DNA of 56,978 nt, filler included, from Bipalium vagum (Eukaryota), in assembly GCA_037834085.1 (NCBI GenBank). It is 3 parts of 3 records of this genome, joined end to end, with 100 filler letters (N's around TTAATTAATTAA, not from the genome) between each part and the next. Parts side by side here need not be neighbours in the genome. Positions count along the whole stretch, not along the records: positions 1 to 19,881 come from JBBMKC010265760.1; 2 more parts are not named here. One strand, given 5' to 3'. Below, one piece after another: positions 1-14,900 of the stretch. The position numbers and the translations under genes were made by a program. The notes beneath the pieces are model-generated. The model was not told the origin of the DNA. It saw only the letters and a list, made by a program, of their open reading frames with translations, and made no database searches. How positions within the stretch are numbered: position 1 is the stretch's first letter; the number at the start of each line of letters is the position of its first letter.

Positions 1-532
1 TCACATTGTATTAATATTTGATATTTAAATTTATCTTTAGTATAATTAAGATATTTACTTATTATTCATGTTAATTCCTCTACAAAATAAAAAAATACCT
101 TTTTCATTAGTTTTCTTATTTAATTCAATTTTACTAGTTTCGAATGAATTTTTATTATACTCAAATTTACTCTAAGTATCTTCAAACACATTTTCATGAA
201 TATAAATTGATTCATATTAGGTAATTCATTAAATAAGTTGTATGTTTTAAATAAATTTTCATTATGACCTTTAGATTTTGAATCACTAATAAAAACGAAG
301 TTTTTTAATTTATATTTAGATATAGGGTATTAGTGTAGAAGTTCATAAAATAAATCGAGATCCAAGCTTTACAATATAAATAAAAAACATCATTTTTGTC
401 TGAATTTATGATTGATTTATTTGATTATTTGAGACATTGTGTTTGTTATTTTTTTAATAAAGTATTGTTCGTAGTTTTTTGATTAATTCATATGCGTAAA
501 CGTTTTGACAAAAGTGAAGAGGTCAGTAAACT

Positions 533-820
533 TTACGAGCTAAGTGTTACGACATTGTTCATAGTAACATAACAGCGTGACACATCATTACTATCGAAAA
601 CCTTATGATAACAATTACCGATGTGGATATTAGGTACACTCTGAGTCCAGACCTCAGAAGTCAGCTTGGAGTCATTAACTGTATTATCATTTACCTGTGT
701 GATTATCAGTGTCATGTCTCTATAATATTTTAGTCTTGTATTGGATAGTTTCAAAGTTTCTACATGAACAATTTTGCATGAGTTTTGGAAAGTTGTAATT
801 TTTTTCTTTTATTAAAATTT
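533..820 (-). other. Unidentified coding-like frame divergent from UBR1 (possible exon or TE remnant)
   Basis: GC-enriched open frame of about 90 codons (CKIVHVETLKLSNTRLKYYRDMTLIITQVND...EVWTQSVPNIHIGNCYH...) with a possible donor GTAAAG near 536; no family recognised. Confidence 0.3.
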
Positions 821-1303
821 AATTGAAGTTCCAATGAACACTTTTAAAACATCTGCCGATCTCCAATTTTTATTGCCAACTTATGAGGATCAGTTACGTG
901 ATTTTATTTTTTTTTGTAATTTTAACATCTTTTTTATAATTGGTATGGAAATAATGTTTAAATTTATTTTTGTAAGTAAAAGGATTCACTAATTTAATTT
1001 TTTAAGTTTTCAATTTTATCTCAATTTAAAATTATTTTAAAACTGAAGTTTATAAATTAAATTAGAAATCAATATTGACCAGGTATTATGAGAATTAATT
1101 TAAATACTTTGAAATCGTAAAATTTAGTTATTAATTACTTATTTCATTATCTTCCTAATTTTTAAACTTAAGATAACGTTTTAAGTTATAACTTACTTTT
1201 TAATCATAAAAAATTTGATTATTGGTAAATGTTAATTTTAATATTACAACAAAATTAAACATTTGTTTAAATTCCATAAAAATATAGGACTTTATTTTTA
1301 TTT

Positions 1304-4300
1304 ATGGACTGCGAAGTTAGTTGAATTTCTTGCCGTATATCCAAACGATCTGACATTGTCTCATTCCAGATATTATTGCAAACTTCACTTATTGACAATG
1401 AGACATTTTCAAAACGATTCCTTGATTTACTTTACCGCAAATCACAATCGCTATGTAAACCGTCTCTGTCACCATTACCGGAAGACGAATACAGTTCTTG
1501 TCGCGATTTTTTCCAACATCTCGAAAACTATATCATCGGATCAGATAATAGGGAAATAATTTCCACGGGTTTATCGAAAACTATCTGTGGGAAAATATTT
1601 AAATCTCGAGAGCCGATTTACGTCTGCCGGTACCGAAAATATTTGCTTGGATAATTTTATTGATACTATTATTGTTGTAAGGGATTGTTCTACTGATGAA
1701 ACTTGTGTATTTTGCCGAATATGCTTTTTGAATAGTGAGCACACAAAACATAATTACGAGGTTTTCATTTTTTCATAGTTACATTTTTTCAAATGATTAA
1801 TCAATATTTAATATTTCTGAAAAGTGGTTTTTAATTTTGTAAAATTTTCTAAATATTATATCAAAATTAATTTGAGTAACATTATTATTGAAATTTTTAG
1901 GCTACCATAAAAATTTAATCAATATTAAACAAAAATTTATATTAATAATTATTTTGAATTTTATTTACCTCAATAAATTTAATCTGTACTAAATCAATAT
2001 TAATTAAATATTAAAAAAATTTAAAATGAATTTATGCTTTCTCGTTGGTTATCATTTCTTTTCAGATGCATATTTCTTCTGGAGGGGGTTATTGTGATTG
2101 TGGTGATGATGAAGCTTGGAAACATTTCCCACGTTGTAATTTGCATTGTGGTAACACTGATCAGTCGTCGTCATTGTCAACGGTCATCGACAATCTCCAC
2201 GACGTTCCGGATCGTGTCCAGGTCCGCTTTCTCGAGTTAAGCTCAACGATTTTGCAACAATTTAAAGCGGTTGTCATGCGACCACTCTGCAAGACCGATT
2301 CTGAGGCCCGGTCCAGAGAACTATTGCACGAGTTGGAATTTATTGATGGTCACCAATCTTCGAAAAATGACAATACTATCGCAACGGACGATCAGTTGTG
2401 TCTTTTGCTGTACAACAACGAGTTCCACAATTTCGACCAGGTCATCAATCTTTTTAAGCGGTGTCTACCATGTTCCACGGAACAGGCCACTGCATTTGCC
2501 AACATTGTCGACCGGGATGGCCGGTGCATGGCGCTCATATCCAGTGACCGTTGCGACGTGGAAATGAAACAGAACGATATTTTGTCCCGATCCAAGGCCC
2601 AGACCTCAATGGAGCTGTTGTGTCGCGTTCATCATCCATTGTTTTTGGGCGTGCAGAATTTATTGATTTACAGCTTACGGTGGTTGTATGAATTTGTCGA
2701 TCAATATCCGCGATTGAGGATTTTGTTGTGTCGGCATTTGTTTGAGGAGGAATCCATTGAGATTGAATGCGATGTTGTGGAATCAGGAGGAAAAGGAGGA
2801 GTGGCACGGTGGAAATTTGAACGGAGTTCGTTTATCGAGGACATTTTTCACAATCATGTCGAACTTTGGAAAGGTGAGATCATTATCAAAATAATGGAAA
2901 ATATCAATAATAAAAAATCGATAATAAATAATAGTTATTATAAAATAATTAATAATAAATTATAAAAATATTAATTACACAATTTACAATGATAATAATA
3001 GGAATAATATGATTAATTAATTATAATAATAGTAATTGTAAAAGAAATTAAAAAAGTAATATGAATAAATATTAAAAAAATAAAGGATGATTTTTACTTA
3101 TATATCAATTTATAGCGGCTAGAAATATCTGTACCAATTTTCTGATGACTGCTGTGTTCAAGGAGACGTATTTCAAAAAATTATTTGTTGTCGAAATGGC
3201 TAAGGTAATAATTTATTGATTTTTTAAATTGATAAATAAAAAAAAATTGATTTGCTTTCAGTTGTAAAATTTGTATCGCATTTTTAGACGCTTGATCAAT
3301 TATTTTATTCGATTTTTAGAATGAAATAATTTTTATTGGTTCACATTCCAGTTATTATTTTGCTTTACTAATTTGAAAATGTATACAATTTCATTAATTT
3401 AAATCAATAATAATAATATTTAATTATAAATATTAATTAAATTTTTAATAAAAATACTAATATTAATAGTAATAATTATAATTAATAATATAATAATAAT
3501 AATGTGCGGTCAAGAATTGTGATGCAGAAAATCACTTCATGTTGAGTTTCAGGTCGTTTCTCACAAATGGGTGCTTTTAATCGCGCAAATTGTTGGAAAT
3601 AAAAAACAAAGCTTATTGGTGTTTTCCTTAAGAAATTCATAATGAATGACTCATTTTTGGTTTCACCAAACACTAAACATTGATTTCCGGGGATTAAGGT
3701 CTGATTTTGTTAGCGATGTTGTTTGCTGATCTCGATCCAACCATTATTTCTTCAACGGTTATAATGCACAATAAAACAGGTCGATAAAGTGAAAGCAATG
3801 AGGTACTGATGACAACGCGCTGATGTTTGTGGTGTTCCTTCAGAAGATATGGGACCCATGAACCTATTTTCTGAACCTTACCCATGCCGGACTATTGTTG
3901 TTTAGTCAACATTCATTTGACTAGGCAATACCAAAGTCATTTGACGAGGATTCTCATGCAACAATTTATTGAGAGCGTCTTTATCAAAGTCGCTTTTTCT
4001 TCCGGAAGGCGTTTCATTACACATGTTGAAATTGTTTTTGAATCTTAAAATCCACCTTTATGTAGTTCTTCTAATTGCTGATTTCCGTAATATGTTTCTA
4101 ATAACTCAGCAGCATTTATTTTTCGATTTAAATCGAACAGTAAAATATTGCGGAAATGTTCTTTTTTTTCAATCTGGAATTCCCATCTTCGTAAGCAATA
4201 TTACAATTATTTTTAAGCACAAAATTTAGAAAATTATTTATTGAAGGTTTTTATCTATTCAATATTAACCCATTTCATTCCAGAATTCAAGAAATTTGAT

Positions 4301-7300
4301 TTACTTTGTGTATAATAGTTGATATAGGACCTATTAAGACTCTGTATAAGTATCATAAAAATTAAAAAAAAAATTGAGATGAAAATTGAGAAGAAAAAAT
4401 ATATTCAAAGTTAAAGTTTATCAATGCGCAATTAAAATATAATGTCTCTGCAGTGATTTAAATTAATTGATATTTCATAAAATCTTCATATAACGTGTAA
4501 ATTTCACTCTAAAGGGACATCTCCAAATTGGGCTTATGGAATGAAATGGGTTAATATCAATTATTTTTAAAATATATTAGTTTGCATTTTATGTCTTTAA
4601 TAAATTTAAAAAAGGGCAACAGAATATATGCATAAAAACCAATAGTATGATTATCGATTATCAATTTTGTCTGATTTAAAGGCGATTTATAGAAATAATT
4701 AATGTTTGTCAAAGATATTACAAAAAAACATTTAAAATCAATAATTAATATGTGAAGTGTGATAAATGCGAGAAATATTCCAATAGATTTTATTGCGAAA
4801 ATGTATAAAATATATTTTGACTAAAAATTTATATTTATATATTTTTTATATACCTATATATTGATTTTTTTTTCATATCAAATTTGAATATTAATTTCAG
4901 AACTATGCAATTGTAATACACCATTTTGCCATTGATGATCACAATGCGGAGGACTCGTTAATATCTTTGAATTGTCAGCTTTTTACAATTATCAGTTTTG
5001 TATGTCGCTTAAATATTTTAATTTGTAATAATAAAAATAATATTAATTTTTATTTCTAATAATTATTTCTAAAAATTAATATTTATTTATTGTTAAAAAT
5101 TTTCTTTTATTTCTTTAACTCTTATTTTATATGATTATATTGTTTTAATTTAATAATTTATTACTGATATAAATTAAAAATATATAAAAATATATAAATA
5201 TAAATATTAAAAAATAAATATATAAATATTAAAAATATATAAATCATTACAATTTTTTATTATTTATTTTTATTTTAATATATTTATAAATTTTGATTAT
5301 ATCTATTTAATTATATAATTAGTTAAAATTTTTATAATAATAATTTTTTATGTTTATGAGTTTTTTATGGATTGTTACTAATTTAACGTATCGGAATTAC
5401 AGGCAAAATTTTTATTGGAATATCATGACATTCTCGATAAAATAATGAAATTGGTCTATGAGTATGTGGATGCTTATTCTAAACCACTGAAACATCCTAA
5501 AATGGAAAATCGATGCATTAAACATTTTGAAAAAGAAGAAAATGATACTAACAAAAAATTTGATCCATTCGAAAGACGAATGAGAGCCCTGAATGATTTG
5601 AAATTTCTCCTAACCAGCATTTTGACGGCTTATGCTGGACATAAAGAAGAGATCGTGTCAATCGATGGAATGTCTGAAACTCCGAAATGGACAGAGAAAG
5701 GTATTGAAAATTTCTTGAAATATTTTCAGACATTCTCCGATTTTCTGGCTTTAATTCAGGTAGGTTTACTATTTATATATATTTTCATTATTTATTATTA
5801 ATATTTAATTTTCATGATTTAAAAATAATTTTTTATATTTTTTATCTTGAACAATTTTAATTTATTTACTAATTTTATTGAAAAATGTTTTCATAAATTG
5901 TTCCTATTATCTTTCTATCCCAGGATACAGACACAATCGAGCGCGTTACTGATCACCACGTTGAGCACGATCCCAATTGGAAAACAGGCATCATTATGAT
6001 GTACGATTCCATTGCATGTATCACTTTAACCGGTCAGCTATTGGTGTCCAATCCAATTTGTTGGGAAAAGGCCTTCAACATTTTCCGTGAGGTAATCCAT
6101 TCTTATCAACGTTTTTAATGTATTTTTATCTATTTGCTTTATTTTTGCCAAATCTCTCTGGTTTTATTGATTTTGTTCAAATAAATTTCAGCAAGTGGTA
6201 AAAGTGCGAATTGTCGATTTGGAACGGGGGTTCAGGAAAACCTTCCGCCTTCTTTCTTACATGACAACCGTTGTGGAGAACAATTGGCCTTCCAAATACA
6301 TCAGTGCAATTAAACCCATTCATCGATTCATGGCAACAATGCTAATTGACAAGAAATATCGAGATTTGTTGAATATTACGGTAATTTATATTTTTGATCT
6401 TGGTAAAAATTCGATCGATTAATTAAATAATAATAAAATTATTTGTAAACAACAGGAAAAGGATTGTCTATTAGACCAAGCACTGCAAATGGTTGTTTTC
6501 GCCAGCCAACAGGCTGGAAACATGTGGATACGAAACGGGTCTGTCCCATACATTCTGGTAAGTTTCAACAAATGAAATTTCATTAATTTTATTATTGATA
6601 TATTAATATTATGATTTATGTTAATTAATTTTATTAAAACTTTTATTATTATTAAAAATATAAATTTTATCAAATTTATAAAATTATTTATATTTGATAA
6701 TATTTATTAATTTATTATTTATTTTTATTATTAATATTATTTATTGATTTCATAATATTTATTAATTTCAGTTATAATTATAATTGTTTTTAATTTTTTT
6801 TATAAATTATTTTATTAAAATATAGAACCAATTACCTTTTTTCCCCCAGGGGAATAAAAAAGTAATTGATTTATTCTGGTGGGAAAAGTTAATTGATAGA
6901 TTTTGTTAATATATAATTATTGTTTCCTTTTATTTTTTAAAATTACTAATATCTATTGATTTAAAAATTTTTATCATTCATATTACTTAAAGATTTTAGT
7001 AATATTTATTATTTGACTTATGATAATTATAATTTGTTTTTGTTATTAACTCATTGTTATTTTTTTCTTTATTAGTTATTTATTATTTTATATTCTGTTT
7101 TATATGGGTATTAATGATTTTTTTTATATTAATTTTTATAATTTAATAATAAATAATTATAATTTAATAATTTATAATTTTTTTAATTTATCGATTTATT
7201 ATAATTTTATTATATATTAATTTTTATTAGACACAACAAATTAAATGTCTGACATTAGCTTCGGAGATGTTCGATAGAGATTTGCAGCTAATCCAACAAA

Positions 7301-10300
7301 TTGCGCTTTGCATACCTCCCGATCAATTTTTTCTCAAATGCATTCACAAATTCGATCTGAAAAGTTATTTTGAGTAAGATCAATTACCTATTTTTAATAT
7401 AATTAAAAAATCAATAATATTTAAATATAAAAATAATAAATAATGTATACCTAATATTTATTATTATTATTATCATTTTTTATTATTTGATTATTAAAAT
7501 AATATTTATTTTTATTATGTACTGTGTTAAATTATTCATCTAATCAGAGGTGATTCTTGTAAGCAATCGGACAAAAAAGCTCTCTTACAAAGAGTCGAGG
7601 ACTTTTTGCACACTCTGATCATGACAATATTCTTTCGACACCGAATCGGTGTTGGTACAGATATCGACCGAAAAGCCATTTACTCGCACATTATCTTTCA
7701 CATTTTGTGTGTCAAACCGATACCGCACAGTAAACTTTTGAAAAAGCTCAGTCCAACGTTGCAAAAATATCCTAAGGGTAATCTTATGGAAATAATCGAT
7801 AACGTCGCCGATCAGAGCTTACAAGGTCAAGTGGTGATTTTCAGTGCAAAAAAATCGTTACTCACCAAACATTTTGATCGATATTCCCCGTACTATTCCA
7901 TACAGGATCGAAACGAGGTTATGATTATTGATTTATTTTAAGTTTATTAATTTATTATATTTTAATTATTGTGCTTTCTCGAGGGCTATTGATTTTTTAA
8001 TCTTATCGTAATATTTTTGTTATTTATCGATTTTAGAAATATTTTAATAGGTGGCATTATTTTTTAAAAAAATATATCGATTATTATTTTTTAACTAGGC
8101 GGAACTTTGGGTTCAAAACTCATTTAAAAGAGATAATGTTTCAACAGCAATGAATCCACCTGTACCAATTGATTTGACAGATGATTGCAGCAGTCTGTAC
8201 GACTATATCTCTAATCAATGCTTCGTGAAGCTGTTGAATCTATTTCTCTCGTTTTGCATCTCCAAACGAAATGGCGAGTTTTGGACCGACACAATTCTGG
8301 ACATGGTTCTCTATTTGATCGGTGCTTCTCTGTTGGAAGACGTTAAAACTTTGGAATTGTAATTTATTGATATTTTTTCCGTTTTCAAATTTAATTATAT
8401 AATAAATTTTATAATAATCAATAATATTAGGAATAAAATTATCGATATTAATAAAATCAATCATTAATGCTATATAATATTTTAAAATCAATATTAATCT
8501 TTGTTAATCAGTATCAATATCAATATTATGATCTTAATTATATTACTAATAACAATTGATAATAATCATTATTAAATTAATATTAGCCTTATCAATCTCT
8601 TATATAATAGATTTTAATTAATCATCAATTTCAATCAATACAAGATATTGATTAATATAATCTATTGATAATTTATAAAGTTGTATTAGTTTCTATCGTT
8701 ATTGATTTTTTCACTGAAACTGTTGTTCTTTTATCAAAGCTAAATATAGATTTCTTAATTTTTGTTTTATAAAACTATAATACAATTATTTCGATATTAT
8801 AATGCTGATGACAGATGGAAGAACAACCTGAAATCACGGTAAAACATTAAAATAAATTTTGAAGTACAATGTTAATAAAACTTGAGAATTGAATTACTGT
8901 AAATATAAAAATTAATAACTAAAATTTCTGTAATATCAATGAATTGTTAATCAATAATTACTTGAAAATTTATTTATTATTGACTACTGATTAATCATTA
9001 CATAAATAAATACTAAGTTAATCAATTATTTATATTTTTTATTAACTATTTTTATAATTTATTCTATTGTTATTTATTTTATTATTACTATGATTATTAT
9101 ACTTTATTATAATAATTAATGAAACAGTATTTTATGTTATGATAATAAGATATATTTTTAAAAGATTTTTTTATATTTATTTATTAAAATTTTTTATGAA
9201 TATATTTAATTTTACGTTTCATTTTCTCTCATTTAATTTTTTTCTTTACCTGAAGACCTTTGGAAAAACGAAGACCGCTTTTTATCAAGGCTGCCACTCA
9301 AAAGAGCGCCAACAACATTATTGGCAATTTGGAAATTCTATGTGACAAAATTACATGCGACCAGCAATTGGAATTGATTAAGTAAATGCGGATGGTTTTG
9401 TTTTTTGATTGATTTGAGTTAATTTTAAAACATTTCATTCGTATTGCCTTTTCTCTTTCATTCATCATTTTACTAATCTTTATCAACGATTATGATTTTC
9501 AAACAGATGGACAATCAGAAAATGGAATGACGTATTACGAATAAAAAATTTCACAGGTGACAAAAATCCACAAACAGCAGAAGAAATGGAAATCGAAACT
9601 GAAAACGTTCAAGCCTTAAGTCAGGTAAATGAAAATTGATAATAATTTTTATCATTCAATAAAAAATTATTCTATAATATTAATAAGAAACAATAGTAAA
9701 AAAATAAAAAATCTAAATTAATAATTCATTATAAAACTGAATAATCGATTTTTAATAATGTATTTTTCAAATTTATAATATTTTGATCAGTTTTTTTTAT
9801 TAACAAGAGACATTTTTATTTTAATTCTGATAGACCAGAGTTGCAAAGGCTGACGCCGCCAAAAAGAGACGAGAACAACTGATGAACAAAATGTGGAATA
9901 TGCAGCAGAAATTCATAACGGAAAATTCTGAATTGTTGATGGATAACGCTGATCAATCAACAGTAATAATCTATTGATTAATATTTTAATAAAAATAAAA
10001 TCTAAAAAATAATAAATATTAAAAAAAATTGTATTAGTAATGATAATAAAAATGTAAATGAGAAAAGAATAATAAAACAAACAAATAAACATAATATTTA
10101 AGATATTAAAAAATATTAATTATATTTAAAATAATTAAGAAAATTAAAATAATATTTATAACTAATTATAGTATAAACATAATTAATAAAAAATTATAAC
10201 ATTAATTAAATAATTAAAACTGATATTTTAAAAAATTATAATTATTTTTAAGGATATTAATGAATAATAATAATTAAAAATCGATAAAAATGAGATTGTC

Positions 10301-11851
10301 TGTCGATTTTTAAAAATGGGATTTTATAAATAAATTTTAGGATATGGTAGGAGTTTACCAACACCATGTCTTCAACAACCAGAAAGATTGCCCGGTTCCA
10401 GTTCAATCGAAGACGATAATTCCATCGAAACGGGAAATGATTTGCATCCTTTGTCAAGAACCAAACTCTGAAGACAATGGTGATCGACCGATGGTTCTCA
10501 TCGCTGGAGCATGGCGATCATCTGTTCTGGCTCGACATCCATTCCTCAATCAACCGTCGTCTCAACAATCTCAACGTCATACCGATAATCGAATGAGAAC
10601 TGTTCCTTCGATAGATAGCAATCTCTATTTCGATGAATTGATCAACACTGTTCCATTACCTGTAATTTATTATTATTAATTATTTAGAATTTTGATGATT
10701 TTTTATATTTATTAATATTATTAGTTTTAATATTAATTAATATTGTTATTTATATTTTTTAATTTAATTTTTTATTATTTAAAAAAATTATTTTAATGAT
10801 TAATATATAATTATTATTTGTATATTTATTATTCTTTTTTAGAAAAATATTTATAAAAAATAATATGAAAACAACAACTACTACTACTACTAATGAATTA
10901 TTAGTGAATAGTAAAGGATCAATCTTAATAATACATTATTATCATTATCTATTGATTATTTATTAATTAATAATTTTTATTAACACATTCCGGCTATCCA
11001 GAACTGGAACTATCTTGTTGATGAATACGAAGGAAACGACATCGATCGAATTGTCAGTCGATCTATTGGTCCAATGTTGGACCATGCTGTAGAAACGTTT
11101 ATTACGACATGTGGACACGTGATGCACTACGATTGCAAGACAAATTATATGAGAGACATGATAAAACAGAAACAGACCGTCGCTCGAACGAAAGGTGTTT
11201 TGTATCCAAGAATTTATTATCGTTGTCCACTGTGTAAATGCGTGTGCAATATCGATATTCCGATAATCAAGGATGACTGTTTGACATTGGTGGACGGTGC
11301 TGATGGTGTCGTTCCAATCATTAATCGATCTCTGTTAAAGAGTAACATGGGTAGTCGATCAGAAATAGTGACACCAGAGCCGGCTGCACAGCAGAATTCA
11401 TTTGAAGAATGGGTGAACGTTTTTAAACTTTGCTCAATGGATTCCCAATTTGCAGCTGCTGCCAATGGCGGAAGTGGAGGAGGTAGCGATGTTCGAACAC
11501 AGATTCATTGGTGGAACAAAGTAGAGTTTGAGATTTTAATAAAAAAAAATTTTTTATTTTCTAAAGATCTGTCGATTTCACATTTATTCAAGACTTATTA
11601 TTACTATAAAATGTACTCACTTTAAATAAAATATTTATAATAAATAATATTAAAATTAAAGAATGTTATTAAAGTAGGTAACTATAATAATAAATTAAAA
11701 GAAATTTGAGTAATATTAATCGATAATAATTAATAATTTATTTAATAACTAATAAAAATATAAATATTTACAATTGTCGTAAATCGATAATATAAAAAAT
11801 CAATAAAATAAAATTTTATCAATTTTACTTCCTATCGTAATTATCATTAAT

Positions 11852-11920
<69 letters not shown>

Positions 11921-14900
11921 TTAACTAATAATCAATGATAATTTTTGTTATTGTCTTTGTTAATTTGCACGATTTTTTTCCAGCTGGGCACTCATTTCTC
12001 AAATTTTGTCAAATTCACTTCCTCGGTGCGTGTTAACGACATACCGACCACCATTGACATGTTGCTCTCCAGTCTAGCATACCGGTCGTCTTTGGCTGTG
12101 AAATTGCAACCCGCAAAGTTGACAAAGGAAACGTACAAAAATTTCGAAACCATTCGTACCAGCGTCAATGTCAGCTCGTTGCAAGAATTGGTGGAGCTCA
12201 ATTATGGAGTAATGCACACCTTGTCCGTGTGGGAAAAGGTCGGTTTTTAATAATTTTATTTTATAATCTATCTTTCTGTATTTATTATAATCAATTTTTT
12301 TTATTTTTAAAAAAATATTTATTCTAATATTCTTAGTTTTATTATTAGATTTATTTTTTGTGATTATTATTGTTATGAGTACTAGTAGTAATAATATTCT
12401 AGTCATTTAATTTTATTACTGTTATTGTGCTGATGAATTTGTATTGATTTTTTCTCAAAAAAAGATTAATAGTAAATGATCATATTAATATTTTTTATTT
12501 TCTAAATTTCTTTTGATTTTTTAAAATAAAATTATCAATATATGTATGAATTATATTTAATTTTTATGTATAAATCGAATTATTAAATAAATCAATATTT
12601 TATTTAATTTAAAAATTTTTTAAAATCAAAGTGTACTTGAGTGCAATTATAAATTAATAAATACTATATTCTTATTATGATTGATTATTAAAGAGTTGAT
12701 CAATAAATTTAAGTAATATATTTTTTATTCAATTAAAATGTTTCCATTTTTTTAGATGGTGTAATTTAAGTATTTGTAACTTCAGAAATCAATTGATTAT
12801 TTTCAAAGATTATTATTTTAATTAATTTTGTTCGATAAAATGTTGATTAAATTATTGGAAAATTTTTAATAAATCATTAAAATTATTAATTATCGAACTT
12901 ATGATTCTTTTATCCTGTAATGTGTGTCGCATTTATTAATGTCCATTTTATGTGTGCATTGTTTTTGGTATACTAGTAATGGTGTGTATGCACTTAACAA
13001 ATTCAGGTTTATTTTCTCTCTTTCTTTCTCATAGATCATGACAAAACAAAATCTGTCATTTTTCACCGATATTCCCGAACGGCATGCAGATGGATTGAAG
13101 CTTTTGATTAAGGCCGTCTGTAAATCACACCAAGTTTTGTCAGGAATCGATTCGGTTTATCGAGAATGTCAATCGTTTTGTTCATTTATCCAGCAGATGT
13201 TATTCGATTGCACCGCTCCCGGTTTCCAGGCTGCTTGGAAGGAGTTGAACAAAGTATCCAAAGTTCCGTTATTCATTCTCGAAGTTGGTGGTCATCTTAT
13301 TTTTTCCCTTAATTTAACTTACTTTGTGAGCCATTACTTACTTTTTTCGATTAATAATAATAATATATCATCAATATTAGTGAAGTTTTTATAAAAATTA
13401 ATAAATTTAATATTAACAAAATCGAAAATAATAAAACAAGTAATAATATTATTACTACAACTTTGTAGTAATAAAAATTATTATTAATTAGTAATCAATA
13501 ATATATACAAAAAATAATAAATTTAATGAAAATCATTTTTAATAAAAATACAAACAAAACTAAAGAGCCGATTTTTACAGGTCGATTTTACGTATGTTTT
13601 GGGCTGCCTGCTGTTCATGAGGTACATGTTTTTATCGGCCCACACACAAAAAACACCAGGTGAAACAACACCCGTACCGGAATCAGGCTACTACTCATCC
13701 GTTGGTACAACAATGTCAGACACCACCAACACGAGCAGCAACATTTTAGACGAAGAAAATTATTATTTCCCAAAATTACCAGAGCCATCGTCATCGTCTT
13801 TGTCATCACCGGAAACAACAGGATCAGCAGGTAGCGCGGCGACGTCGGGTCACTCTGTTGGGATACCACCATCAAAAGATCATTATCAGCATCAACTGCT
13901 TCTGATGTTCCGCAACTGCAATTACAATTTCTACATTGTCCGATTTATGTATCAATTTGTGTCCGTCCAGACCCTCTTGTCATTGAAAACAACAAATGTT
14001 GTCGATATCGATTTCGCCTTCTCACAATTGCAAGCGCACTCACCGGATCTGTGGACACCAGTAAGTAAAAAAAGAGAACCAGGGAATTTATATATTTTAA
14101 TTTTATTAATAATACTGTAATAACAATGTATTTTATATATTTTCTTTTATAACAGGTCCCATGTGAAAGGTAACATTATCAGTGATATCACAAAAATCAT
14201 TTTTTCTAATTTTTTCCAGTTAAATTATTATTAATTTCAGTGATAAAATATAAGTAGCTGTCATTTGTAAATTGAATTTTTAACTTTAAGTAATAGTTCT
14301 GTTTTTAAAACCACAATAAATTGTTGAAAGACTCTTGATGTTTCTACTACACGTGCCCTATCATATCTGTTTCTCAAAGTATCATTTACTCCTATTCATA
14401 TTTACAACTATTCATATCGACCTCAAGCATTCTTGTTAAATGAAATCTTTTAATAATGTTAGTTTCAATATTTCTTTTTGTGAATTAATTGTACCTGGTT
14501 AAAACTAATTTTAAAATTCATCATCATCCTATGTATTGTTGCAATTTATCGCTTATTTATGGAAAATAACACTCTTCCAGTTACACATTTCTGATTATTG
14601 TTTGTACTTCACTACTTTTTATTTTTTTTCTTTGGTACTTTTTCCTTTTTACTAACAATAATACCGGTTGCTTTATACTTATTAATTATTCGAATTGTTG
14701 GTTTTTCATGTCCAGGTCCTTTGATATTTATGCGAAAGATTTACCTGTTTTTCAAAGTTCTTTATGATCAAATTAAAAAAGTAAGTTTAGCTCTATAAAT
14801 ATATTGAATAAGAAATACATTGAGGAATAGGTATGTTTAATTGCTAGTCATTAAAAAACGTATTTTTAGAGTTAAATATTTTTTCTTAATTAATTTTTAT

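Noticed and set aside
2271-2807. Overlapping alternative-frame and antisense ORFs in UBR1 exon 4
   Set aside because: Expected by chance in GC-richer coding sequence; no motifs.
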